Positions 51,184 through 62,676 of a DNA stretch of 64,000 bases are shown here, in pieces. The stretch is from Escherichia phage vb_EcoM_bov9_1. The first letter of the stretch is position 1. The number at the start of each line of letters is the position of its first letter. The notes below the pieces were generated by a model. It was not told the DNA's origin. It was given only the letters and a program-made list of their open reading frames with translations, and did no database searches. Location of the stretch: sequence record MT884006.2; one strand, written 5' to 3'. The position numbers were made by a program, and so were the translations under genes.

Positions 51184-54100
51184 ATGGCCGAGATTAAAAG
51201 AAAGTTCAGAGCAGAAGATGGTCTGGACGCAGGTGGTGATAAAATAATCAACGTAGCTTTAGCTGATCGTGCCGTAGGAACTGACGGTGTTAACGTTGAT
51301 TACTTAATTCAAGAAAACACAGTTCAACAATACGATCCAACTCGTGGATATTTAAAAGATTTTGTAATCATTTATGATAACCGCTTTTGGGCTGCTATAA
51401 ATGATATTCCAAAACCGGCAGGAGCTTTTAATAGCGGACGCTGGAGAGCATTACGTACCGATGCTAACTGGATTACAGTCTCATCTGGTTCATATCAATT
51501 AAAATCCGGTGAAGCAATTTCGGTTAACACCGCAGCTGGAAATGACATCACGTTTACTTTACCATCTTCTCCAATTGATGGCGATACTATCGTTCTCCAA
51601 GATATTGGAGGAAAACCTGGAGTTAACCAAGTTTTAATTGTAGCTCCAGTACAAAGTATTGTAAACTTTAGAGGTGAACAGGTACGTTCAGTACTAATGA
51701 CCCATCCAAAGTCACAGCTAGTTTTAATTTTTAGTAATCGTCTGTGGCAAATGTATGTTGCTGATTATAGTAGAGAAGCTGTAATTGTAACACCAGCGAA
51801 TACTTATCAAGCGCAATCAAATGATTTTATCGTACGTAGATTTACTTCTGCTGCACCAATTAATGTTAAACTTCCAAGATTTGCTAATCATGGCGATATT
51901 ATTAATTTCGTTGATTTAGATAAACTGAATCCACTTTATCATACAATTGTTACTACATACGATGAAACGACTTCAGTACAAGAAGTTGGAACTCATTCCA
52001 TTGAAGGCCGTACATCGATTGACGGTTTCTTGATGTTCGATGATAATGAGAAATTGTGGAGATTGTTTGACGGGGATAGTAAAGCGCGTTTACGCATTAT
52101 AACGACTAATTCTAATATTCGTCCAAATGAAGAAGTTATGGTATTTGGTGCGAATAACGGAACAACTCAAACAATTGAGCTTCAGCTTCCTACTGATATT
52201 TCCGTTGGTGATACTGTTAAAATTTCCATGAATTACATGAGAAAAGGACAAACAGTTAAAATCAAGGCTGCGGGCGAAGATAAAATTGCTTCTTCAGTTC
52301 AATTACTGCAATTCCCAAAACGCTCAGAATATCCGCCTGAGGCTGAATGGGTAACAGTTCAAGAATTAGTTTTTAACGGTGAAACTAATTATGTTCCAGT
52401 TTTGGAGCTTGCTTACATAGAAGATTCTGATGGAAAATACTGGGTTGTGCAACAAAATGTTCCAACTGTAGAAAGAGTAGATTCTTTAAATGATTCTACT
52501 AGAGCAAGATTAGGCGTAATTGCTTTAGCTACACAAGCTCAAGCTAATGTCGATTTAGAAAATTCTCCACAAAAAGAATTAGCAATTACTCCAGAAACGT
52601 TAGCTAATCGTACTGCTACTGAAACTCGCAGAGGTATTGCAAGAATAGCAACTACTGCTCAAGTAAATCAGAACACAACATTCTCTTTTGCTGACGATAT
52701 TATCATCACTCCTAAAAAGCTGAATGAAAGAACGGCTACTGAAACTCGTAGAGGTGTTGCTGAAATTGCTACGCAGCAGGAAACTAATACAGGAACCGAT
52801 GATACTACAATCATTACTCCTAAAAAGCTTCAAGCTCGTCAAGGTTCTGAATCATTATCTGGTATTGTAACTTTTGTATCTACTGCAGGTGCTACTCCAG
52901 CTTCTAGCCGTGAATTAAATGGTACGAATGTTTATAATAAAAACACTAATAATTTAGTTGTTTCACCTAAAGCTTTGGACCAGTATAAAGCTACTCCAAC
53001 ACAGCAAGGTGCAGTAATTTTAGCAGTTGAAAGTGAAGTAATTGCTGGACAAAGTCAACAAGGATGGGCAAATGCTGTTGTAACGCCAGAAACGTTACAT
53101 AAAAAGACATCAACTGATGGAAGAATTGGTTTAATTGAAATTGCTACGCAAAGTGAAGTTAATACAGGAACTGATTATACTCGTGCAGTCACTCCTAAAA
53201 CTTTAAATGACCGTAGAGCAACTGAAAGTTTAAGTGGTATAGCTGAAATTGCTACACAAGTTGAATTCGACGCAGGCGTCGACGATACTCGTATCTCTAC
53301 ACCATTAAAAATTAAAACTAGATTTAATAGTACTGATCGTACTTCTGTTGTTGCTCTATCTGGATTAGTTGAATCAGGAACTCTCTGGGACCATTATACC
53401 CTTAATATTCTTGAAGCAAATGAGACACAGCGTGGTACACTTCGTGTAGCTACACAGGTTGAAGCTGCTGCAGGAACATTAGATAATGTTTTAATAACTC
53501 CTAAAAAGCTTTTAGGTACTAAATCTACCGAATCACAAGAAGGTGTTATTAAAGTTGCAACTCAGTCTGAAACTGTGACTGGAACATCAGCAAATACTGC
53601 TGTATCTCCAAAAAATTTAAAATGGATTGTGCAGAGTGAACCTACCTGGGCAGCTACTACTGCGGTAAGAGGTTTTGTTAAAACTTCATCTGGTTCAATT
53701 ACATTCGTTGGTAATGATACAGTAGGTTCTACACAGAACTTAGAGCTATACGAGAAAAATAGCTATGCAGTATCACCGTATGAATTAAACCGTGTATTAG
53801 CAAATTACTTGCCATTAAAAGCAAAAGCTGCTGACACGAATTTATTGGATGGTCTAGATTCATCTCAGTTCATTCGTAGGGACATTGCACAGACGGTTAA
53901 TGGTTCACTAACCTTAACCCAACAAACGAATCTGAGTGCCCCTCTTGTATCATCTAGTACTGCTACGTTTGGTGGTTCAGTTTCGGCAAATAGTACATTA
54001 ACTATTTCTAATACTGGTACGTCTTCTTCTCGATTTACATTTGAGAAGGGCCCTGCTTCTGGTAGTAATGCTGATTCTGCATTGCATGTTCGTGTATGGG

Positions 54101-55056
54101 GTAATAAGTACAGCGGCGGTTCTGATGTAACTCGCGCAACGATTATAGAATTCTATGATGCTTCCGGCACTCATTTCTATTCTCAAAGAGATACGTCAAA
54201 TAATGTGTTGTTCAACATTTCAGGTACAATGCAATCAGTCCATGCTAGCGTTCGTGGTGTTCTGAACGTTACAGGTGTCTCAACATTTGGTAGATCAGTT
54301 ACTGCTAATGGTGAATTCATCAGCAAATCATCGAATGCTTTCAGAGCAATTAGTGGTGATTATGGATTCTTTATTCGCAATGATGCTGCTAATACCTATT
54401 TTATGCTCACTGCATCAGGTGATCAGACTGGCGGATTTAATGGATTACGTCCTTTGGCTATTAATAATGCATCTGGCCAAGTAACGATTGGTGAAGGCTT
54501 AATCATCGCCAAAGGTGCTACTATAAATTCAGGTGGTTTGACTGTTAACTCGAGAATTCGTTCTCAGGGTAATAAAACATCTGATTTATATACCCGTGCG
54601 CCAACATCTGATACTGTAGGATTCTGGTCAATTGATATTAACGATTCAGCCACTTATAACCAGTTCCCGGGTTATTTTAAAATGGTTGAAAAAACTAATG
54701 AAGTGACTGGTCTTCCATATTTAGAACGTGGCGAAGAAGTTAAATCTCCTGGTACACTGACTCAGTTTGGTAACACACTTGATTCGCTTTACCAAGATTG
54801 GATTACTTATCCAACAACTCCAGAAGCGCGTACCACTCGTTGGACCCGCACATGGCAGAAAACCAAAAATTCTTGGTCAAGTTTTGTTCAGGTATTTGAT
54901 GGAGGTAACCCTCCTCAACCGTCTGATATCGGTGCTTTACCATCTGATAATGCTACAATGGGTAATCTTACTATTCGTGATTTCTTACGAATTGGTAATG
55001 TTCGCATTATTCCTGACCCAGTGAATAAAACTGTTAAATTTGAATGGGTTGAATAA
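51184..55056 (+). CDS. 34: Long tail fibre proximal subunit gp34 (1290 aa)
   Basis: Length and repeat-rich fibre sequence; late promoter at 51142-51149. Confidence 0.9.
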   Translation: MAEIKRKFRAEDGLDAGGDKIINVALADRAVGTDGVNVDYLIQENTVQQYDPTRGYLKDFVIIYDNRFWAAINDIPKPAGAFNSGRWRALRTDANWITVSSGSYQLKSGEAISVNTAAGNDITFTLPSSPIDGDTIVLQDIGGKPGVNQVLIVAPVQSIVNFRGEQVRSVLMTHPKSQLVLIFSNRLWQMYVADYSREAVIVTPANTYQAQSNDFIVRRFTSAAPINVKLPRFANHGDIINFVDLDKLNPLYHTIVTTYDETTSVQEVGTHSIEGRTSIDGFLMFDDNEKLWRLFDGDSKARLRIITTNSNIRPNEEVMVFGANNGTTQTIELQLPTDISVGDTVKISMNYMRKGQTVKIKAAGEDKIASSVQLLQFPKRSEYPPEAEWVTVQELVFNGETNYVPVLELAYIEDSDGKYWVVQQNVPTVERVDSLNDSTRARLGVIALATQAQANVDLENSPQKELAITPETLANRTATETRRGIARIATTAQVNQNTTFSFADDIIITPKKLNERTATETRRGVAEIATQQETNTGTDDTTIITPKKLQARQGSESLSGIVTFVSTAGATPASSRELNGTNVYNKNTNNLVVSPKALDQYKATPTQQGAVILAVESEVIAGQSQQGWANAVVTPETLHKKTSTDGRIGLIEIATQSEVNTGTDYTRAVTPKTLNDRRATESLSGIAEIATQVEFDAGVDDTRISTPLKIKTRFNSTDRTSVVALSGLVESGTLWDHYTLNILEANETQRGTLRVATQVEAAAGTLDNVLITPKKLLGTKSTESQEGVIKVATQSETVTGTSANTAVSPKNLKWIVQSEPTWAATTAVRGFVKTSSGSITFVGNDTVGSTQNLELYEKNSYAVSPYELNRVLANYLPLKAKAADTNLLDGLDSSQFIRRDIAQTVNGSLTLTQQTNLSAPLVSSSTATFGGSVSANSTLTISNTGTSSSRFTFEKGPASGSNADSALHVRVWGNKYSGGSDVTRATIIEFYDASGTHFYSQRDTSNNVLFNISGTMQSVHASVRGVLNVTGVSTFGRSVTANGEFISKSSNAFRAISGDYGFFIRNDAANTYFMLTASGDQTGGFNGLRPLAINNASGQVTIGEGLIIAKGATINSGGLTVNSRIRSQGNKTSDLYTRAPTSDTVGFWSIDINDSATYNQFPGYFKMVEKTNEVTGLPYLERGEEVKSPGTLTQFGNTLDSLYQDWITYPTTPEARTTRWTRTWQKTKNSWSSFVQVFDGGNPPQPSDIGALPSDNATMGNLTIRDFLRIGNVRIIPDPVNKTVKFEWVE

Positions 55057-55064
55057 GAGGTATT

Positions 55065-56180
55065 ATGGAAAAATTTATGGCAGAGTTTGGACAAGGATAT
55101 GTCCAAACGCCATTTTTATCGGAAAGCAATTCAGTAAGATATAAAATAAGTATAGCGGGTTCTTGCCCGCTTTCTACCGCAGGACCATACGTTAAATTTC
55201 AGGATAATCCTGTAGGAAGTCAAACATTTAGTGCAGGTCTTCATTTAAGAGTTTTTGACCCTTCCACGGGAGCATTGGTTGATAGTAAGTCATATGTTTT
55301 TTCGACTTCAAATGATACTACATCAGCTGCTTTTGTTAGTTTCATGAATTCTTTTTCAAGCAATAGACTTGTTGCCATATTAACTAGCGGAAAGGTTAAT
55401 TTTCCTCCTGAAGTAGTATCTTGGTTAAGAACGGCAGGAACATCTGCTTTTCCATCTGATTCTTTATTGTCAAGATTTGATGTATCATATGCTGCCTTTT
55501 ACACTTCTTCTAAAAGAGCTATCGCACTAGAGCATGTTAAACTGAGTAACAGAAAAAGCACAGATGACTATCAAACTATATTAGATGTAGTATTTGACAG
55601 TTTAGAAGATGTTGGAGCGACAGGATTTCCTAAAAGAACATATGAAAGCGTTGAGCAATTTATGTCAGCTGTTGGTGGAACTAATAACGAAATTGCACGT
55701 CTACCTACAGCATCTGCAATAAGTAAACTTTCTGACTATAATTTAATTCCTGGAGATGTTCTTTATCTTAAAGCACAACTATATGCTGATGCTGATTTAC
55801 TTGCTCTTGGAACTACAAATATATCTATCCGTTTTTATAATGCATCAAATGGATATATTTCCTCGACACAAGCTGAGTTTACCGGACAAGCTGGGTCTTG
55901 GGAATTAAAAGAAGATTATGTAGTTGTTCCTGAAAATGCAGTAGGATTTACGATATACGCACAGAGAACTGCACAAGCGGGTCAAGGCGGTATGAGAAAT
56001 TTAAGCTTTTCTGAAGTGTCAAGAAATGGCGGCATTTCAAAACCTGCTGAGTTTGGCGTCAATGGTATTCGAGTTAATTATATCTGCGAATCTGCTTCAC
56101 CTCCAGATATAATGGTACTTCCTACGCAAGCATCGTCTAAAACTGGTAAAGTGTTTGGGCAAGAATTTAGAGAAGTTTAA
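55065..56180 (+). CDS. 35: Long tail fibre hinge connector gp35 (371 aa)
   Basis: 371 aa; synteny 34-35-36-37. Confidence 0.85.
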   Translation: MEKFMAEFGQGYVQTPFLSESNSVRYKISIAGSCPLSTAGPYVKFQDNPVGSQTFSAGLHLRVFDPSTGALVDSKSYVFSTSNDTTSAAFVSFMNSFSSNRLVAILTSGKVNFPPEVVSWLRTAGTSAFPSDSLLSRFDVSYAAFYTSSKRAIALEHVKLSNRKSTDDYQTILDVVFDSLEDVGATGFPKRTYESVEQFMSAVGGTNNEIARLPTASAISKLSDYNLIPGDVLYLKAQLYADADLLALGTTNISIRFYNASNGYISSTQAEFTGQAGSWELKEDYVVVPENAVGFTIYAQRTAQAGQGGMRNLSFSEVSRNGGISKPAEFGVNGIRVNYICESASPPDIMVLPTQASSKTGKVFGQEFREV

Positions 56181-56185
56181 ATTGA

Positions 56186-56203
56186 GGGAGCCTTCGGGCT
56201 CCC
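56186..56203 (+). terminator. Terminator hairpin after gene 35
   Basis: GGGAGCC-TTCG-GGCTCCC followed by TTTTTC. Confidence 0.6.
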
Positions 56204-56211
56204 TTTTTCTT

Positions 56212-56219
56212 TATAAATA
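56212..56219 (+). promoter_or_regulatory. Late promoter TATAAATA for gene 36
   Basis: Exact consensus 24 nt upstream of gene 36 ATG. Confidence 0.6.
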
Positions 56220-56242
56220 CTATTAAAATAAAGGGGCATACA

Positions 56243-56899
56243 ATGGCTGATTTAAAAGTAGGTTCAACAACTGGAGGCTCTGTCATTTGGCATCAAGGAA
56301 ATTTTCCATTGAATCCAGCCGGTGACGATGTACTCTATAAATCATTTAAAATATATTCAGAATATAATAAACCACAAGCTGCTGATAACGATTTCGTTTC
56401 TAAAGCTAATGGTGGTACATATTTAAATAAAGTAATTTTTAATAAAGGAATGACTGTTCCTGGTGCTGGGTCAGGTGACAACGGTATTTTTGCCGGTCCT
56501 GGTGATAATGCCACATATGATACTACAAATATGGATATTGTTTCATGGTATGGTATCGGCTTTAAATCATCACAAGGGGCAGCAGGTAGAACTGTAGTAA
56601 TTAACACACGAAACGGAGATATTAGCTCAAAGGGTGTAATTGAAGCATCACAAATACGCGCAACTTCGTTATCACCAGTAAATAATTATGACCTTACGAG
56701 AAAAGATTATGTTGATGGAGCAATAAATATTGTTACAACAAATGCAAACTCTAGAGTATTACGCTCTGGAGACACTATGACAGGAAATTTAACTGCGCCA
56801 AACCTTTTTTCACAGAATCCTGCATCTCAACCCTCGCATGTTCCACGATTTGACCAAATCGTAATTAAGGATTCTGTTCAAGATTTCGGCTATTATTAA
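56243..56899 (+). CDS. 36: Long tail fibre distal connector gp36 (218 aa)
   Basis: 218 aa; late promoter and terminator flank. Confidence 0.85.
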   Translation: MADLKVGSTTGGSVIWHQGNFPLNPAGDDVLYKSFKIYSEYNKPQAADNDFVSKANGGTYLNKVIFNKGMTVPGAGSGDNGIFAGPGDNATYDTTNMDIVSWYGIGFKSSQGAAGRTVVINTRNGDISSKGVIEASQIRATSLSPVNNYDLTRKDYVDGAINIVTTNANSRVLRSGDTMTGNLTAPNLFSQNPASQPSHVPRFDQIVIKDSVQDFGYY

Positions 56900-56907
56900 G
56901 AGGACTT

Positions 56908-59900
56908 ATGGCTACTTTAAAACAAATACAATTTAAAAGAAGCAAAACTGCAGGAGCACGTCCTGCCGCTTCAGTATTAGCCGAAGGTGAATTGGCTATA
57001 AACTTAAAAGACCGTGTACTTTTTACTAAAGATGACCAAGGAAATATTATTGATCTGGGTTTTGCTAAAGGCGGTAGCATTGACGGGAATGTTATTCATA
57101 TAGGAAACTATAATCAAACTGGTGATTATACTTTAAATGGCACCTTCACTCAGACAGGTAATTTTAATTTAACTGGTATTGCTCGAGTAACTCGCGATAT
57201 TATTGCCGCCGGGCAGATTATGACTGAAGGCGGAGAACTTATTACAAAAAGTTCAGGTACAGCACATGTTCGTTTTTTCGATGGCAATAGTCGCGAACGT
57301 GGAATCATTTATGCCCCGGCTAATGACGGTTTAACTACACAAGTACTTAATATCAGGGTTCAAGACTACGCCGCTGGTGATGAAAGCACCTATGCATTTT
57401 CGGGCAGTGGACTATTTACTTCACCTGAAGTATCAGCATGGAAATCTATTTCGTCTCCGCAAATTCTGACTGATAAAGTTATTACAAATGGGAAGAAGAC
57501 CGGCGATTATGATATCTATTCATTAGCAAATAACACTCCATTGGCAGAAAGCAAAACGGCTATTAACCACCTCCGTGTTATGCGAAATGCCGTAGGATCT
57601 GGTATATTCCATGAAGTTAAAGATAACGACGGGATAACCTGGTACGCCGGTGATGGGTTAGATGCCTATCTTTGGTCGTTTACCTGGTCCGGTGGATTGA
57701 AAGCAGGCCATTCTATTTCTGTTGGTACTCCTGGTGGCAATAAAGGATACTCTGAATTAGGGACTGCTTCAATTTCTCTTGGTGATAATGATACTGGATT
57801 TAAATGGCATCAGGATGGATATTTCCATACAGTAAACAACGGAACAAGAACTTTCATTTACGGTCCTGCGGAAACACAAAGCCTTAGAAAAATGGTTATG
57901 GGTTATTCTCCGGATGGTGTTCTTATGACAACGCCACCGACAGAAAACTATGCTTTGGCTACTGTTGTTACTTACCATGATAATAATGCATACGGCGATG
58001 GTCAAACACTTTTAGGATATTATCAAGGTGGTAATTACCATCATTATTTTCGCGGTAAGGGTACTACAAACATTAATACTCACGGCGGTTTGTTAGTTAC
58101 TCCAGGTAATATTGATGTTATTGGCGGTTCTGTTAATATCGATGGTAGAAATAATGCTTCTACACTGATGTTTAGAGGTAACACAACTGGTAGTAGTTCA
58201 GTTGATAATATGACAATTTCCGTTTGGGGCAATACGTTTACTAATCCTAGTGTAGGTAATCGTAAAAACGTCATGGAAATTTCTGATGCAACTAGCTGGA
58301 TGAGTTATATTCAAAGACTTACTACTGGCGAAGTAGAAATGAACGTTAATGGTTCATTTGAATCATCTGGTGTTACTGCTGGAGATAGAGGAGTTCACAC
58401 AACAGGTGAAATTTCATCTGGAGCAGTGAATGCTCTTCGTATTTGGAACGCAGATTATGGAGCCATTTTTAGACGTTCAGAAGGAAGTCTTCATATTATT
58501 CCAACTGCTTATGGCGAAGGCAAAGATGGCGATATTGGTCCACTTCGCCCATTTAGTATGGCTTTAGATACTGGTAAAGTTACTATTCCAGATTTACAAT
58601 CAAGTTACAATACGTTCGCTGCTAACGGTTATATTAAATTTGTTGGTCATGGAGCGGGTGCCGGCGGTTATGACATTCAATATGCTCAAGCGGCTCCTAT
58701 TTTCCAGGAAATTGATGATGATGCTGTAAGCAAATATTATCCTATTGTTAAACAGAAGTTTTTAAACGGTAAATCTGTTTGGTCTTTAGGTACCGAAATT
58801 GAATCAGGTACATTCGTTATTCATCATCTGAAAGAAGATGGTTCACAAGGCCATACATCAAGATTTAATATGGATGGTACAGTTAATTTCCCTGATAATG
58901 TTCTGGTCGGTGGTGGTGAAGCTGCTATTGCTCGTAATGGTAATATTTTCTCGGATATTTGGAAAACGTTTACTTCTGCAGGCGACGTAACTAATATTCG
59001 CGATGCAATAGCTACTCGTGTTGCCAAAGAAGGTGATACGATGACCGGCACTCTTTGGATTAATAAAGATGCTGCTGGAATAGTTCTTAATCCTCCTTTG
59101 GCCAGTGATTCATCATTTATTCGTTCCGATACGGCCGGGGTCAATAATTGGTATATTGGTAAAGGCGGTGCCGACAATGGTCTAGGTTTTTACAGTTATG
59201 TTACACAAGGCGGTGTATATATAACAAATAACGGAGAAATATCACTTTCTCCTCAAGGACAAGGAACATTTAATTTTAATAGAGACCGCCTCCATATAAA
59301 CGGTACACAATGGACCGCACATCAAGCTGGTGACTGGGCTAACCAATGGCGTCAAGAAGCACCGGTATTTGTAGATTTTGGTAATGTCGGTAATGATAGT
59401 TATTATCCTATTATTAAAGGAAAATCCGGTATTACTGATGAAGGATACATATCTGGTGTAGATTTTGGTATGCGACGCATTACTAATACATGGGCACAAG
59501 GTATTATCCGTGTAGGTAATCAGGAAAACGGTTCCGACCCACAAGCTATCTATGAATTTCACTCTAATGGTACTTTTTATGCTCCGAGCTTACTTAAGAG
59601 CGGTAGAGTATCAGCTGGTGGTGGTGACCCTGCATGGGGCGGGCCGTGTATTGTACTTGGAGATAACGATACCGGTTTGCTTTGGGAAAACGATGGTATT
59701 TTCAACGCATATGCAAACGGCCAAGGTGTGTTTAGTTTTAGACCTGGTTTAGCTCAGACATTCGGTGATGTTAACTTCCACTGTAATGCAGGTATGTATG
59801 TTCGTGATAACATTGATGTTAACGACGTTTATATTCGTTCTGATATTCGTTGTAAGTCGGAAATTAAGCTTATTAAGAACGCTCAAGAGAAATCTAAACT

Positions 59901-60159
59901 ATTGGGCGGTTATACTTATCTGGTTAAAAACTCTGTTACAGACGAAGTTAAACCGTCCGCAGGTTTAATTGCTCAGGAAGTTCAAGAAGTATTACCTGAA
60001 CTTGTTTCTGAAGATAAAGAGACCGGACTGCTTCGTTTGAACTATAACGGTATTATTGGTTTAAATACAGCTACAATCAACGAGCATACAGATGAAATCA
60101 AGGAATTGAAATCTGAAATTGCTGAATTGAAAGCATTAATTAAATCATTGATAAAATAA
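56908..60159 (+). CDS. 37: Long tail fibre distal subunit gp37 (1083 aa) with C-terminal chaperone-like domain
   Basis: 1083 aa; N-terminus conserved with T-even gp37; C-terminal coiled-coil plus SDIRCK motif region. Confidence 0.9.
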   Translation: MATLKQIQFKRSKTAGARPAASVLAEGELAINLKDRVLFTKDDQGNIIDLGFAKGGSIDGNVIHIGNYNQTGDYTLNGTFTQTGNFNLTGIARVTRDIIAAGQIMTEGGELITKSSGTAHVRFFDGNSRERGIIYAPANDGLTTQVLNIRVQDYAAGDESTYAFSGSGLFTSPEVSAWKSISSPQILTDKVITNGKKTGDYDIYSLANNTPLAESKTAINHLRVMRNAVGSGIFHEVKDNDGITWYAGDGLDAYLWSFTWSGGLKAGHSISVGTPGGNKGYSELGTASISLGDNDTGFKWHQDGYFHTVNNGTRTFIYGPAETQSLRKMVMGYSPDGVLMTTPPTENYALATVVTYHDNNAYGDGQTLLGYYQGGNYHHYFRGKGTTNINTHGGLLVTPGNIDVIGGSVNIDGRNNASTLMFRGNTTGSSSVDNMTISVWGNTFTNPSVGNRKNVMEISDATSWMSYIQRLTTGEVEMNVNGSFESSGVTAGDRGVHTTGEISSGAVNALRIWNADYGAIFRRSEGSLHIIPTAYGEGKDGDIGPLRPFSMALDTGKVTIPDLQSSYNTFAANGYIKFVGHGAGAGGYDIQYAQAAPIFQEIDDDAVSKYYPIVKQKFLNGKSVWSLGTEIESGTFVIHHLKEDGSQGHTSRFNMDGTVNFPDNVLVGGGEAAIARNGNIFSDIWKTFTSAGDVTNIRDAIATRVAKEGDTMTGTLWINKDAAGIVLNPPLASDSSFIRSDTAGVNNWYIGKGGADNGLGFYSYVTQGGVYITNNGEISLSPQGQGTFNFNRDRLHINGTQWTAHQAGDWANQWRQEAPVFVDFGNVGNDSYYPIIKGKSGITDEGYISGVDFGMRRITNTWAQGIIRVGNQENGSDPQAIYEFHSNGTFYAPSLLKSGRVSAGGGDPAWGGPCIVLGDNDTGLLWENDGIFNAYANGQGVFSFRPGLAQTFGDVNFHCNAGMYVRDNIDVNDVYIRSDIRCKSEIKLIKNAQEKSKLLGGYTYLVKNSVTDEVKPSAGLIAQEVQEVLPELVSEDKETGLLRLNYNGIIGLNTATINEHTDEIKELKSEIAELKALIKSLIK

Positions 60160-60162
60160 TAA

Positions 60163-60972
<810 letters not shown>

Positions 60973-61004
60973 TTTTTGAATAAATATCCTTAAAAGGAGG
61001 GTCT

Positions 61005-61661
61005 ATGGCAGCACCTAGAATATCATTTTCGCCCTCTGATATTCTATTTGGTGTTCTAGATCGCTTGTTCAAAGATAACGCTACCGGGAAAGTTCTTGCT
61101 TCCCGGGTAGCTGTCGTAATTCTTTTGTTTATGATGGCGATTGTTTGGTATAGGGGAGATAGTTTCTTTGAGTACTATAAGCAATCAAAGTATGAAACAT
61201 ACAGTGAAATTATTGAAAAGGAAAGAAATGCACGCTTTGAATCTGTCGCCCTGGAACAACTCCAGATAGTTCACATATCATCTGAGGCAGACTTTAGTGC
61301 GGTGTATTCTTTCCGCCCTAAAAACTTAAACTATTTTGTCGATATTATAGCATATGAAGGAAAATTACCTTCAACAATAAGTGAAAAATCACTTGGAGGA
61401 TATCCTGTTGATAAAACTATGGATGAATATGCAGTTCATTTAAATGGACGTCATTATTATTCCAACTCAAAATTTGCTTTTTTACCAACTAAAAAGCCTA
61501 CTCCCGAAATAAACTACATGTACAGTTGTCCATATTTTAATTTGGATAATATCTATGCTGGAACGATAACCATGTACTGGTATAGAAATGATCATATAAG
61601 TAATGACCGCCTTGAATCAATATGCGCCCAGGCGGCCAGAATATTAGGAAGGGCTAAATAA
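61005..61661 (+). CDS. t: Holin T (218 aa)
   Basis: 218 aa; single N-terminal TM segment with large periplasmic domain; recognised as T4 holin. Confidence 0.9.
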   Translation: MAAPRISFSPSDILFGVLDRLFKDNATGKVLASRVAVVILLFMMAIVWYRGDSFFEYYKQSKYETYSEIIEKERNARFESVALEQLQIVHISSEADFSAVYSFRPKNLNYFVDIIAYEGKLPSTISEKSLGGYPVDKTMDEYAVHLNGRHYYSNSKFAFLPTKKPTPEINYMYSCPYFNLDNIYAGTITMYWYRNDHISNDRLESICAQAARILGRAK

Positions 61662-61934
61662 TTATTTGTTCGTATACATCTCTAGATATCGATATACACC
61701 CTCAAAACCCTCGTTGAATTCGTCGATGAGGGTTTTCTTATCTTCTTGAGTTAATTCAGAAACAATTTTACGGAATGAATTCTGATTTAATTTTCTACCT
61801 TCATGTGTTACTCCAATCTCATTCAGAAATGCAATAAAATTAGCACGATTTTCAACAATATCTTCTCTGGAAAATTTAATCAAAATAGACGCAACAGTAA
61901 TAATTTCACGAACTGTATCAATATTTTTATTCAT
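61662..61934 (-). CDS. asiA: Anti-sigma70 factor AsiA (90 aa)
   Basis: Sequence MNKNIDTVREIITVASILIKFSRED... recognised as T4 AsiA. Confidence 0.9.
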   Translation of the reverse strand: MNKNIDTVREIITVASILIKFSREDIVENRANFIAFLNEIGVTHEGRKLNQNSFRKIVSELTQEDKKTLIDEFNEGFEGVYRYLEMYTNK

Positions 61935-61946
61935 TAACTATACCAC

Positions 61947-62099
61947 TCAATTAGTTGACTTTGTTATAATATCATCAGACGCTTGATTTGTAAACTGGTC
62001 TGTGTTATTTTCTTCAAAAATTTTTTCTACGAATTCCTTGAACGACTTACGTTCCTGAGCTACATTATGCTCGATTACTTTTTCAAGATTATGACTCAT
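61947..62099 (-). CDS. Small ORF, 50 aa (MSHNLEKVIEHNVAQERKSFKEF...), below ORF-track cutoff
   Basis: Hand-translated; ATG overlaps arn stop (ATGA); ends 12 nt before asiA start. Confidence 0.4.
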   Translation of the reverse strand: MSHNLEKVIEHNVAQERKSFKEFVEKIFEENNTDQFTNQASDDIITKSTN

Positions 62100-62374
62100 T
62101 CGAAATAATCTTCAATTTCATAATCATGGACGTAAATCATTATAGTTTTTAATACATCATCAATACTTTTTCCTGGAGCTGGAATTACGTAAAAATATCC
62201 TGCTTTTGAAATGTCTTTATAAGTTCCAATCAAGAAATCATTATTCTCGAGATGTAATTCTTCAACTAATTCATTAACAATTGAGTGGTATAAATTTGGT
62301 AGAAACTTATATAGCTTTTCTAGAATATCAATTTTGATTGTGTATTGAACCACAGACTGAGAATCAATAATCAT
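62096..62374 (-). CDS. arn: Probable Arn anti-restriction protein (92 aa)
   Basis: 92 aa, acidic; position next to asiA as in T4. Confidence 0.65.
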   Translation of the reverse strand: MIIDSQSVVQYTIKIDILEKLYKFLPNLYHSIVNELVEELHLENNDFLIGTYKDISKAGYFYVIPAPGKSIDDVLKTIMIYVHDYEIEDYFE

Positions 62375-62457
62375 AGACCTTCCCCTTATGTTTCTGTTTG
62401 CGATTAGATTCTTTAAACGCTTTCTTCTTATCCTTATGAACAGAAGCTTTATTAAAA

Positions 62458-62676
62458 TTATGTTTTGCGACTAAATTGTTCATAATGCTGAATTACCTCT
62501 CTTAAACATTTGCATGTGAATGAGAACTTTTTAGCTACACCACATTCAAATATATGTTCTCTTAAATCACGTGTATCAGTATATCCCATCTCAACAATAA
62601 AATGCCTTATTAGATTTTTATCTTTATCATTGAGAGAATTAAAATAATCGGATTTTGAATTAATTTCCCTGGCCAA
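62458..62676 (-). CDS. Hypothetical protein, 72 aa (arn.x cluster)
   Basis: ORF; Cys pair CGVAKKFSFTCKC. Confidence 0.45.
   Translation of the reverse strand: MAREINSKSDYFNSLNDKDKNLIRHFIVEMGYTDTRDLREHIFECGVAKKFSFTCKCLREVIQHYEQFSRKT

Noticed and set aside
62375-62483. 39-aa Lys-rich minus-strand ORF overlapping the arn start
   Set aside because: Overlaps two annotated ORFs out of frame and has no RBS; probably chance ORF in an A-rich leader
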